Below are positions 21,636-31,814 of a stretch of 58,100 nt of DNA, in pieces; positions within the stretch are counted from its first letter, which is position 1; each line of letters starts with the position of its first letter. The stretch spans positions 1-58,100 of IMG/VR virus record IMGVR_UViG_3300031920_000245. One strand, given 5' to 3'. Made by a program: the position numbers and the translations under genes. Source of the DNA: a virus. Its lineage: Duplodnaviria > Caudoviricetes. The notes beneath the pieces are model-generated. The model was not told the origin of the DNA. It did no database searches and saw nothing but the letters and a program-made list of their open reading frames with translations.

Positions 21636-22346
21636 TTAGTTAAGTAAGAATCTATCAAGTGCACCATTTATTTTAGTGCTTTCTTCTTTTAAATAGATAC
21701 CATTTTTCTTAATATAATTTTCAGTCACTTCAGATTCTATATTTTTTACACCGGGAAATAAATTAGCACCGGGTGTACTTGGTGTAACAACAAGGTCAAA
21801 ACCAATCAATTCAAAATCACCCTGTACAATATTTTCACCACGTAATTCTTTAAGTGTACCAACACCACGAGATGAAATACCTAAAGTAATTCCATTTTGT
21901 AGATATAATAAAATTTTATCACCAATAACAGAACAAATTCCCATCTCTAAATATCCTCTGGTAACGATTAATTTTATCTGACCATATAATATGTTTTCTT
22001 TATCACCTTTACCCCACCACATTTTTGTGATTAGGTGAGAAATGTTATGTAATGATATTATACTACTATCGGGATGATCTGCTTCAGAAACAGAAGAGTG
22101 TGTTTGGATTAATTTTTCGTATTCAATTACTTGTGGAACTAAAACATCTTCTGGGTATATTCTACCGTTCTTATTTTTAACACCCCATTTTTGAAGAATA
22201 CAATTTATAAGTATAGGTTCATTGGGTTTTATTTCAATACTTTCATTAATTAGTAGATTTTTATTTAAGTCGGGACTAACATGACCAGCATCACGTTCTA
22301 TTAATATACCAAAACCAGTATCACCTTTTTCTAATATCTTACTCAT
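21636..22346 (-). CDS. gp21: Prohead protease (gp21-like)
   Basis: NKNGRIYP, EADHP, GISSRGVG, FDLVVTPSTPGA. Confidence 0.93.
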   Translation of the reverse strand: MSKILEKGDTGFGILIERDAGHVSPDLNKNLLINESIEIKPNEPILINCILQKWGVKNKNGRIYPEDVLVPQVIEYEKLIQTHSSVSEADHPDSSIISLHNISHLITKMWWGKGDKENILYGQIKLIVTRGYLEMGICSVIGDKILLYLQNGITLGISSRGVGTLKELRGENIVQGDFELIGFDLVVTPSTPGANLFPGVKNIESEVTENYIKKNGIYLKEESTKINGALDRFLLN

Positions 22347-22488
22347 GCTTATATTTTTATATAAATAGTTATCAAGTCTTATTTATTAACAATTTTATTC
22401 ATTTAAATATAAATAGTCTTGTTATTCTAAGTAGTATGTGTTATTTTTATGTTTTTATTTATAAACTATTTATATTTAAATCAGTATA

Positions 22489-25400
22489 ATGGCAGAAAAA
22501 GATCAAGGTAATGTACAACAAGGTAATGTACAGCTTATAGACCCACAAAATTACGATGATAACACACAATTTAGTCCGTTGGTTAATGGTATTAATCAAT
22601 ACCAAGATATGTATATTAGTGCAGAATTAACTGCAATTAAAAGAGGGAGAACTATATTATCCACTAACCTTGTTGGTAATATTACCACATATGATGATGC
22701 ATCATTAACTGGAGATAGATTAATTAGTTTTTTAGGTGAAAATCAAGACCCTGATAGTCCAAATTATGGTAAGTTCACAACAAATTGGTATGATGGTAAT
22801 ACATCTGATCCTACAAAACAATTTGAAGGTTTTGGTATTTCAAGTATTAATGTTACAGTAGATTCGTCATATATACCACAAATAAGTGTTCAATTTATTG
22901 ATACAAGAGGTTTAGCGTTTTTTAATAGGGGAAATTCACCATATAGAATACTTTTTGATTTTCCACCACCATTATTTTATTTGAAAATTAAAGGATATTT
23001 TGGAAAAGGAACAACATATCAAATGCATTTAGTGAATTATTCAACTGAATTTAGAGCAGAAACTGGTAATTATCACATAGATGCAAAATTTGTTGCAATT
23101 ACATATGCACCATTAACAGATGTTCTTTTTAGATATATAGTACAAAATGGATTGATTTCTGATCAAAATTTTTCAGTATCACCAGACAATGAACCACCAA
23201 TTAATACAATGGATTTAGTATTTAAAATGGATAGAATTTTTGATGAAAGTTTCAATAAACAAGTAAAGGCAGATTCAGATAGTAAAGATTATGAAGAAGC
23301 TAGTAAAAATGTAAATCTATACAGTGACATTATGAGTGGTATTGCTAACATTAGCAATAATCCAATACTTGCCGATGCTGGTGATCCTATAGTTTTCACA
23401 TATAACACACAAACAGGTAGTAAATTGGAGGGGGAGTTATCTGTTTTAGGATCATTAAATGATTATAATAGAATAATTAAAACACTAGAACAACAAGGTT
23501 CACCTGATAATATGCAACCCAATTTATTTATTGGTTTTAAAGTCGGAAGCCAACAAATAAATGATGTTGTAGGTCCTATCGTACCTATTGTACCTGATGA
23601 TACTAATGTTGTTGGTTCTGGTGTTCTTGCTATTGCAGATGATGATACTAGTTTTATTGATGATCTTATTGCTACATCTTTAAGTTTTCTAGATGATGAA
23701 CATTTATTTGATAGTGAAATTAAAAAATTTAATAATGTATTAAATAGATATCGAATAGAATATTTATTAAGTCGTAAAGATGAAATTTCCGGTACTGATA
23801 TTTCCGGTACTGATGTAGGTGAATCGCAAAAAATTACTGAAATTAAAGAATCATCAAAAGATGATCCAACAAACAGAACGATCTATGCTGGTATTAATAT
23901 AACTAAATATTATCTTAAATTAAATAAAGAAAGAACAACGGAGTCAAAAAATAAAACAACTTCAATGGAGAAGTTAAATGTCAAGATAAATCAATTAATT
24001 AAAGATAAACTTGGCATGACACCAACAATATATAATATTTTTAAAATTCTTTTAGATGATGTTGATAAATTTTTCAGTAAATTAAGAAAAGTTTCGCAGG
24101 ATTCAGAAGAACACCATGAAATATATAAAGACCAAATTATAAACGATTCAAATTATGTAGACAATAATGAGAAAATATATCCATTTCCATTAATAATAGA
24201 AAATGAAGAAGGTCCATGTGGTGGAAAAAGACAAACAAAAACAGCACCAATAGAAATAAGTAAAAGGTTGGAAAAACCGTTTCCTGAGTTAGAATATGTT
24301 CAAGAATTCATTGATTCATTTGTAAAATACAACAGAATACTAGAACAGATTAATTTACGTAATAAAACTGATGAACACGGTGACGATTTATGGATGCCAT
24401 TTACACCTGTAGATAGTAGTTTTAGTGGTTCACCATTAGTTAGTCCATATGCTGGTAATGATTTTAATAAAAAAGGGGTTCGTACACGTGTTTTTGATAC
24501 GTTCTTAAAGAGATTCTATGTTTTATCTCAAAATGCTTTATTTTTTAGTTTCTCTAAAGAAAGTCTTGATAGTTGGAAAAATGGTAGTGGTGATGTATTA
24601 TATGAAGACTATAAAACAAGTAGTGATTATCTTAAATTATATGCTAAAGCAGAATCATATAATTTAGTTAATTCTTTATCAAATCCCGATGTTTTGGGTC
24701 TATTTAAATCATTTAGTGAAGAAAACAATAAAACCGATAAACTAGCAAATGGATTTTATGCTTTTTTAGATGAAAATTTATCTGATTTATATAGTAAACC
24801 ATCAGTAAGTTATTTAATTTCAGGTTCTAAAGAATTATATAAGAATAAATATTTTAATGATGAGTATGAAGGTGTTGCGTTCGCAAGTAATGATGATATT
24901 GAATTTAAAGAAGGTAATCCAGAAGGTGTTTTTGATAAATTTGTTGAAAAGTCTAAAGTAAGGTGGGGTGAGAGATTTTGGCAGTTTGAAGAGCAAACAA
25001 ATGAATCACGGTTTAAATTCACCAAAGAGAATTTAATTTATCTCCCGGATACAATAACTGAAGATGGTATTTTTACAGGTTCTAAAAATAAAACACAAAA
25101 AACTAAATTTATTGGAAATAGAAGAAATTTTATAAAAAAAAATGATAAAAATGATATTTATTTTATTCAAACAGTGGGTTTCTTAAAAGAGAACCCTGCA
25201 TACACTTCAAAACCTATTACTGCTATAAATAATCTCATATCAAAAATAGTTAACGGAATTAATCCCATACCATACCCCGCTATTATTAATGATTTAAATA
25301 CACAAGGTAATCAATATTTCTTTAATGAAAAAATTTCATATAAAAGAGCAAACAATATGAAAGTAAAAAATTATCAAAGTATTCCAGATTTATGGATTTG

Positions 25401-27351
25401 GTTTTTATCTGCATATGGTACTGAATTAAATAATGGTTTATTAAATGGTTTTAGTGAATGGAGTTCAGAACATAAAAAACTTGTTGCATTATTATATCTT
25501 TCAAATTTTGGATATACATTAAGTGCGTTTAATTATTATCCATATTCATTAAATCGTGATTATTTTTCAGGACCTGCATTGGTTGAATTACCTAAATTTG
25601 TAAAATTATATATGGGTGCTTTAGTTGGTGTTGAAAAAGGTGGTGATGGTTTTTGGGAATTAATTTATGATTTTTTCACTAAAGATAGTTTTACTGTTGG
25701 AGATGTAACATTAGAAGGTACACCTGATAGACCACAACCGGGAAAAGAAATTCAAAATGGTGGTGTATTAATTTTTTCAGATATTAGCGATATTAATACA
25801 CATCTATCTGAAAAAGATAAAGATGTTTTTAAAAGTGAATTTGATCATTTTCTTGCCAGTGATACCTTTAAAGAATTCGCTAAAGATGTTTCTGCATTAA
25901 TAGTGAAAATTGATGAATTAGAACCACTTTGTGATGCATCTGATGATCTCCGGGATAAAAAAGTGATTAAATGTAAATATGATAAATATGAAAAAGTATT
26001 AAATGTTGATAATCCGATCATAGAATTTTTAATGGATAGAGAAGTTATGGTGGTATTTAATGAAATCACATTCAGATTTTTAAGTGAAAATGATATACCA
26101 AAAACATATATACCATTAAAAAGCATTGTTGAACACACATCTGTTAGAGATAAAAATTATACAGATAATGTTGATTTATTTTTTAGTGAATTTTTTAATC
26201 AAGTTTCTAATATTATTGATGATAGAAAAAAAGAAATTGATGATAAAGAAGATGAATTAAAAAATTTAACTGGCGATAAAGATATTATGAATCAAACATA
26301 TTATTCTTTTAAAAACATTTATGATAAATGGTTAGCAGGTACAAATAAAACAGATACAGGATATCCATATAAAAACGATCCAAAGGGTGCTTTAATTGAT
26401 CAATTTGCATTTGTTAATCGAGCAATGAAACCCATAGGCAATACTATAATAGATGCAAGACAATTAAAAGATATGTTAGATAATCCAGAGGTTTCAATAT
26501 TTTCATTAATATCCAACATATTATCAACAAACGGTTTTGAGTTTTTCCCATTACAAAATTTTATGAGTTATACTAATGATGATTGGCTTAATTCATTTAA
26601 AATGTCAACAGGACCAGTTGAAAAACAATTTCCTGTTTTTGTTTGTATGTTCATTGGTGGTACTTCAAGTTATGCTTCTGGTATTGGTGAATTCAGTGAT
26701 TATGAAGATGATGGTATTATTGAATTAGATGGTTCGAATCTTCCTGATTTTGATTCAGGTGATTGTAAACCAAATCCAGCAGATGATGGACAAGATTATG
26801 AGGATAATAGACTATATAATCAAGTAAAAGCATTCAAAGTTAGATATGGTGAACAAAATCAAACAATGTTTCATGGTATTGATGTTAATAGTACTGAATT
26901 TACAGAAACGAATGAAGCAATACAGATTTTATCTAGATTAGCTGGTGATAACAGACAAGCAACACCTAAAGGTCAAAATTTATATAATATTTATGAAAAT
27001 AGGGCATACGGTGCTACAGTAACTGGATATGGAAATGTTATGATCCAACCAACACAATATTTTCAATTAGAAAATGTACCAATATATAATGGTGCTTATA
27101 TTATTTTAAGTGTTGAACATAATATAGAACCTAATAAAATGATAACAAAATTTTCCGGAACTAAAATATTAAAATATCCAATACCTAGAGTATTAAATCC
27201 TGCAAGTATTGTTGGCTTTGATGGTGGTAGTAGTGATGAAACAAACATATCAATAGATTCAGGTGTTGGGGTTGTTATTGGTAGTGGAAGTACTGATGAT
27301 AATCCAACAAATGCAAAATATAATTCAATGTATGATTTAGAAATAACATAA
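22489..27351 (+). CDS. Large baseplate hub-like tail protein
   Basis: 1620 aa; C-terminal ATVTGYGNVMIQPTQYFQL...NGAYIILSVEHNI resembles the hub/late-control-D terminus. Confidence 0.55.
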   Translation: MAEKDQGNVQQGNVQLIDPQNYDDNTQFSPLVNGINQYQDMYISAELTAIKRGRTILSTNLVGNITTYDDASLTGDRLISFLGENQDPDSPNYGKFTTNWYDGNTSDPTKQFEGFGISSINVTVDSSYIPQISVQFIDTRGLAFFNRGNSPYRILFDFPPPLFYLKIKGYFGKGTTYQMHLVNYSTEFRAETGNYHIDAKFVAITYAPLTDVLFRYIVQNGLISDQNFSVSPDNEPPINTMDLVFKMDRIFDESFNKQVKADSDSKDYEEASKNVNLYSDIMSGIANISNNPILADAGDPIVFTYNTQTGSKLEGELSVLGSLNDYNRIIKTLEQQGSPDNMQPNLFIGFKVGSQQINDVVGPIVPIVPDDTNVVGSGVLAIADDDTSFIDDLIATSLSFLDDEHLFDSEIKKFNNVLNRYRIEYLLSRKDEISGTDISGTDVGESQKITEIKESSKDDPTNRTIYAGINITKYYLKLNKERTTESKNKTTSMEKLNVKINQLIKDKLGMTPTIYNIFKILLDDVDKFFSKLRKVSQDSEEHHEIYKDQIINDSNYVDNNEKIYPFPLIIENEEGPCGGKRQTKTAPIEISKRLEKPFPELEYVQEFIDSFVKYNRILEQINLRNKTDEHGDDLWMPFTPVDSSFSGSPLVSPYAGNDFNKKGVRTRVFDTFLKRFYVLSQNALFFSFSKESLDSWKNGSGDVLYEDYKTSSDYLKLYAKAESYNLVNSLSNPDVLGLFKSFSEENNKTDKLANGFYAFLDENLSDLYSKPSVSYLISGSKELYKNKYFNDEYEGVAFASNDDIEFKEGNPEGVFDKFVEKSKVRWGERFWQFEEQTNESRFKFTKENLIYLPDTITEDGIFTGSKNKTQKTKFIGNRRNFIKKNDKNDIYFIQTVGFLKENPAYTSKPITAINNLISKIVNGINPIPYPAIINDLNTQGNQYFFNEKISYKRANNMKVKNYQSIPDLWIWFLSAYGTELNNGLLNGFSEWSSEHKKLVALLYLSNFGYTLSAFNYYPYSLNRDYFSGPALVELPKFVKLYMGALVGVEKGGDGFWELIYDFFTKDSFTVGDVTLEGTPDRPQPGKEIQNGGVLIFSDISDINTHLSEKDKDVFKSEFDHFLASDTFKEFAKDVSALIVKIDELEPLCDASDDLRDKKVIKCKYDKYEKVLNVDNPIIEFLMDREVMVVFNEITFRFLSENDIPKTYIPLKSIVEHTSVRDKNYTDNVDLFFSEFFNQVSNIIDDRKKEIDDKEDELKNLTGDKDIMNQTYYSFKNIYDKWLAGTNKTDTGYPYKNDPKGALIDQFAFVNRAMKPIGNTIIDARQLKDMLDNPEVSIFSLISNILSTNGFEFFPLQNFMSYTNDDWLNSFKMSTGPVEKQFPVFVCMFIGGTSSYASGIGEFSDYEDDGIIELDGSNLPDFDSGDCKPNPADDGQDYEDNRLYNQVKAFKVRYGEQNQTMFHGIDVNSTEFTETNEAIQILSRLAGDNRQATPKGQNLYNIYENRAYGATVTGYGNVMIQPTQYFQLENVPIYNGAYIILSVEHNIEPNKMITKFSGTKILKYPIPRVLNPASIVGFDGGSSDETNISIDSGVGVVIGSGSTDDNPTNAKYNSMYDLEIT

Positions 27352-27353
27352 AA

Positions 27354-28808
27354 ATGGCAAGAAAAAATACACGTTTAACTTCAAAAGCACTTGAATTTAT
27401 CACATACGTTTGTATTGGTAATAATAAAAAAAATAGTGGTAACGATCCCAATAATAATAACCTATTAAAGGGTAATAATAAAATATTACAATACAGTAAT
27501 AAAGTAGATAAAACTTGGGTAGCTAATATTGTAGATGCTGATGGTAACTCAATTAAGAAAAATGAAGATTTACCACCATTATTAGTTTATTTATTTTCTT
27601 ATTTTGCAAATCGATATAATATAGACCCAAATATATTAGCTGCACAGTGTTATGTATTAACTAAGTATAGAATGTGGTATTACGACTCATATAATTCAGG
27701 TGTTAATTTGTTTTCAATGCCAAATGTCTATAAATATATTATTTCAAATTCATCAAGTATATCACCTAAAATGACAGAAGAAGAAATTTCAACAATTACT
27801 GCAGGTTTAACAAATCCAGATGTTAAATCTTCTTATAATGTTGTAAATGGTGGTGCTGTAATGACATTAAATCGTCCAATTCTACATCAAAACATGATAG
27901 ATAATCCAGCTATAATGATTAAAGCACAAGCAAGATATTTAAAATATTTAGCGGATAATCAAAGCAGTAAATTAGCAAGTACAACGTTATTTAGTTACAG
28001 TGCTGGTGAACAATATGCTGAAACTACATATACAAGATCAATTGAAAAAGCAAATAATTTATTAGCCGATAAATTAGTCACTAAAGCCACTGATATTGTT
28101 TTAAGAACATTTGGTGTTTTAGGTGATAAAGATAATGATGCACTACCTAAAAATCCTAAATATAAACCAAAAGGATATTATTTCGGGTATGAGGAACATG
28201 TAAGACTAAAAGAAAAGTTTGATTCATTTAGTGCAAATGCTGTAGAATCAAAACGTTATGATAATCCTTCAATTAATCGAACAAACGATACTGAATATTC
28301 AACGGAAGAATATATTTTAAAGTTTCGTACTGATGCTGTTGAAGAAATGGTAGAACATAGGGTTTTAGCAAGTATTACACTAGCACAAGGTATTGTAGAA
28401 TCTGGAAATGGTAATAGTTTTTTAGCGAGAACTGGTAATAATCATTTTGGTATTAAGTGCCATAGTACGTGGGTAACACCTTCCGGTGATAAAAAACCGG
28501 GTATTTATTTTGAAGACGGTAGAGCAGATGTTGCGGGGAAAGGAAATCTTTCTTGTTTTAGAAAATATGCAAATGTACGTGAATCATATTGGGATCATTC
28601 AATGTTTTTAATTAAAAATGGTAGATATAAAAAACTATTTACTTTAAAATTAACTGATTATAAGGGATGGGCAATTGAATTACAAAGAGCTGGATATGCT
28701 GCTGCTAGTCACTATGCTAATGCATTAATTAATACAATTAGAACATATGAACTTTATAAATATGATGAGCAGGGGATTAAAATATTAAAGGATAAAGGTA
28801 AAATTTAA
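27354..28808 (+). CDS. Peptidoglycan hydrolase with C-terminal GH73 glucosaminidase
   Basis: ASITLAQGIVESG.G.S.LA..GNNHFGIKC, FRKY, AGYA...YA..LI. Confidence 0.85.
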   Translation: MARKNTRLTSKALEFITYVCIGNNKKNSGNDPNNNNLLKGNNKILQYSNKVDKTWVANIVDADGNSIKKNEDLPPLLVYLFSYFANRYNIDPNILAAQCYVLTKYRMWYYDSYNSGVNLFSMPNVYKYIISNSSSISPKMTEEEISTITAGLTNPDVKSSYNVVNGGAVMTLNRPILHQNMIDNPAIMIKAQARYLKYLADNQSSKLASTTLFSYSAGEQYAETTYTRSIEKANNLLADKLVTKATDIVLRTFGVLGDKDNDALPKNPKYKPKGYYFGYEEHVRLKEKFDSFSANAVESKRYDNPSINRTNDTEYSTEEYILKFRTDAVEEMVEHRVLASITLAQGIVESGNGNSFLARTGNNHFGIKCHSTWVTPSGDKKPGIYFEDGRADVAGKGNLSCFRKYANVRESYWDHSMFLIKNGRYKKLFTLKLTDYKGWAIELQRAGYAAASHYANALINTIRTYELYKYDEQGIKILKDKGKI

Positions 28809-29587
28809 ATTAATCCTTTATTTAATTCATGGAGATTAATAATATTAGCATTTGTTGAATCATCATTATCACAAACCATTTCATTTATTTTACTAATGGT
28901 TGTTTCTAATTTATCACTATTATTTTCTTCGTTTAATTTCTTTATATATTCCAAATTTTCTTTTTTGTAGGTTTCGAAAATTTGTTGTTTTTCTTCAGAT
29001 GTTGAGGATACTAATTTTTTAAATAATTCACTATCACCTTCATCCATTTGATTATACCTTTCATTGAATTTATCAATGGCAATTTCAATTACTTGTTCAT
29101 TTACATATTCAATATCTTTATAGGTTTCAGTGTATTTTGGTTCTTTTACGTAATCCAAAACATATGTAAATGCTTCGTGAATGTTATCGACATTAACATC
29201 TTGATTATTTGAAAGCATTTCTTCAACTAATATTGAGATCGAATTGAATAATTTTGTTTTTTCTTCATTAAGTGTAGGTATGTCTTCATCTGTGATAAAT
29301 TTATTAAGTTTATCGTGTTCAGTTTTCACTTCATTTAACGTAAAAACTTCAAATAATTTAATGTTTTTATCGATGTATCGAGAAGCAAGCATATCATTAT
29401 CAATGAATTTTTTATCAATGTTATTGAATACTTTATTTTCTAATTGTAGTATTTTAGATTCTTTAATTATATTACTTACTTCAGAGATTCGTTCTTTAGT
29501 TTCTGTAAGTAACATACCTTTGAAATATGCTTCTTTTAATTGCTTTGAAACAATTAAATTAATTATACCTATATTCACTCTTTCCAT
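28805..29587 (-). CDS. Hypothetical head-associated protein
   Basis: Acidic 260-aa ORF downstream of portal, several (L/I)NE motifs. Confidence 0.55.
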   Translation of the reverse strand: MERVNIGIINLIVSKQLKEAYFKGMLLTETKERISEVSNIIKESKILQLENKVFNNIDKKFIDNDMLASRYIDKNIKLFEVFTLNEVKTEHDKLNKFITDEDIPTLNEEKTKLFNSISILVEEMLSNNQDVNVDNIHEAFTYVLDYVKEPKYTETYKDIEYVNEQVIEIAIDKFNERYNQMDEGDSELFKKLVSSTSEEKQQIFETYKKENLEYIKKLNEENNSDKLETTISKINEMVCDNDDSTNANIINLHELNKGLI

Positions 29588-29637
29588 TTGATATATATAA
29601 TTTACTATAAATACTATAAAATATAATAAAGATGTTG

Positions 29638-31716
29638 TTAATCTTTATTTTCTTTATCTTTAATTTCACTATCTAAATTTATATCTTCTAGGTTAATATC
29701 ATCATTATCTACAGCTTCATCTATTTTAGGTTTTTTTACCTTCTTTGATTCAACAATTAATTCATCAATTTCACTAACCATTTCTTCTGCTTTGTTATTT
29801 AAATCATTGTTTTGATTTTCAGTTTCTTTAAGTATTTCTTTTTTAGTTTGAATGGTTTCTTGTTCACTATTTTCATTACTTACCAATTCATTAACTAATT
29901 TATTATAATCATTAAGATTATCATCGTAAGTATCTTTTGTCATGTAAACAATTCTTTTATTTCTTCTTTCTGATATTGTTGTTTTTTTCTCATCTTTACC
30001 GTCTTCATTTTTTCTTTCAGTAATTACAGTTTTTACATTGCTTACACTTTCTGGTTGTATTGGTGGTAGATCAGCAGGTGTTTGGTTTGGTAATCCCGGT
30101 ATAGGTGCAGGACCTGTCGGTGCACCCATGTCACCACCCGGCATACCTTCTTCAGGTGGAATTTCTTGTTCAGTAGTACCAGTATCATTAATCATAAGTT
30201 CAGGTTCACCATATCTTTTATCAATATCTGCAAAAACCCCCGATTTCTTGATAATTACTGGAGCATCTGCAAGTTCTTGCATAATAACTTTCTCCATTTT
30301 TTGTTGTTTCAAGTCTTCAATGATTTCTTTATCACTCATATTAAATATTGTACGTTTTGCATTAGTATGTGACATTGCTGCCATACCATTTTCACCACGA
30401 GTTAATTCAGTATATGTTGTTGCTCTTTCACGATTTAATTCCGCTTTAAGTAAATCTTGTTGTGTTGATGGGTTTGTAAGTGTTAATGTGAAATTAGATA
30501 AATCCTCTTGAGTATAACCCAATAAATAAAGATGGACCATAGCCATTTTATTAAGTTCTTGAATTATTGATTGTTGGATTCTATTTATTTTTTTTGCAAA
30601 TCTAATATCATACTGTGCCATGTTTTTACCACCACCAGCAGCATCTTGAAAAGATAAAAATGGCTTTGGAACACCAAGACCAGTAAATAAATTATCTCTT
30701 AAATATTCAATATCTTGTATTTGATCTAAATTAGTTGCACCGGGAAGTGTTTCAATTCCGGTTTCTACATTTGCATTTCTAACTGGAAGGAAATAATCTT
30801 CATCATTACCTAAAATATTAAAACGATAATCAATACTACCACTATTACCATTGACTTCGGGTAATCTTTTAAATTTGGTAGCTACTTTATACATATATTC
30901 CTCAATATCTTCTTCATCGATATTACCAACATCAATTTTAAAGACTTTCTTTTCACCTGCACGAATTAATCTATATGTTAACATAGCATCTTCTGCCATA
31001 ACTAACTGACGAAAAACTCTACGTATTTTATTTAATATTGATGAACCATATGGTAGATATTTATCATCACCTAATAATCTAAAATGAGCAACTTCAAAAA
31101 TATTAAATTCGTCACCTGTCATTCTTTCTTTGAATTTGACAGTTGGTTTACCTTTTTGTATTCTTTCAAATCGTTCTACTTCATAATTTACCATTTGTTT
31201 TACGTGGGTAATACCTTTTTTTCTTTCACCATATAATAGAACGAAATTATCACCGTATTTTACAACATTTCTAGTCCAGAATGGTAAATTAACATTAACA
31301 TTAATAATATCATAGAAAAATTCTTCTAATAAAAATTTAATTCTTTCTTTATTGGAATAAATATTTAACATTTTACCGTTTGGTCCAATTGTGGTTGCCT
31401 CTTCCATAAATAAATCTAATGCGGATGAAATAATTGGATAATATTCCATACCTTCATAATCTATGTAAGCTGGAAGACGAGCAGCTTCATATTGTAGTGC
31501 TTTTTGAAATCCCCTATCTGTGGTTCTGAAGAATTTATTTTGAAGTGCATTCTTCTGTTCAATTTCTAATCCTTTTCTATGTATTTCTTCAGGTGAGTTA
31601 CCTTTTATAATGATCTTTGTTGTGTCTTGTACTTGTTGAGGTGCAAAACCAAAACCATCAAAATTAAAAAACCCATTCAGGTTTTGATATATTGTACCTT
31701 TTTTATTTTCTGCCAT
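29638..31716 (-). CDS. gp20: Portal protein (gp20-like)
   Basis: MAEDAMLTYRLIRAGEKKVFKIDVGN, EDYFLPVR, IETLPG, DIEYLRDNL..GLGVP. Confidence 0.95.
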   Translation of the reverse strand: MAENKKGTIYQNLNGFFNFDGFGFAPQQVQDTTKIIIKGNSPEEIHRKGLEIEQKNALQNKFFRTTDRGFQKALQYEAARLPAYIDYEGMEYYPIISSALDLFMEEATTIGPNGKMLNIYSNKERIKFLLEEFFYDIINVNVNLPFWTRNVVKYGDNFVLLYGERKKGITHVKQMVNYEVERFERIQKGKPTVKFKERMTGDEFNIFEVAHFRLLGDDKYLPYGSSILNKIRRVFRQLVMAEDAMLTYRLIRAGEKKVFKIDVGNIDEEDIEEYMYKVATKFKRLPEVNGNSGSIDYRFNILGNDEDYFLPVRNANVETGIETLPGATNLDQIQDIEYLRDNLFTGLGVPKPFLSFQDAAGGGKNMAQYDIRFAKKINRIQQSIIQELNKMAMVHLYLLGYTQEDLSNFTLTLTNPSTQQDLLKAELNRERATTYTELTRGENGMAAMSHTNAKRTIFNMSDKEIIEDLKQQKMEKVIMQELADAPVIIKKSGVFADIDKRYGEPELMINDTGTTEQEIPPEEGMPGGDMGAPTGPAPIPGLPNQTPADLPPIQPESVSNVKTVITERKNEDGKDEKKTTISERRNKRIVYMTKDTYDDNLNDYNKLVNELVSNENSEQETIQTKKEILKETENQNNDLNNKAEEMVSEIDELIVESKKVKKPKIDEAVDNDDINLEDINLDSEIKDKENKD

Positions 31717-31814
31717 TTTTATAAAATTTTATATTTTTTTATAAATACTACGAATTTCCAGAAAATTCGTTTTTATTCCGGATAATATGCTTTTTTAATA
31801 AATACCTGATAATT

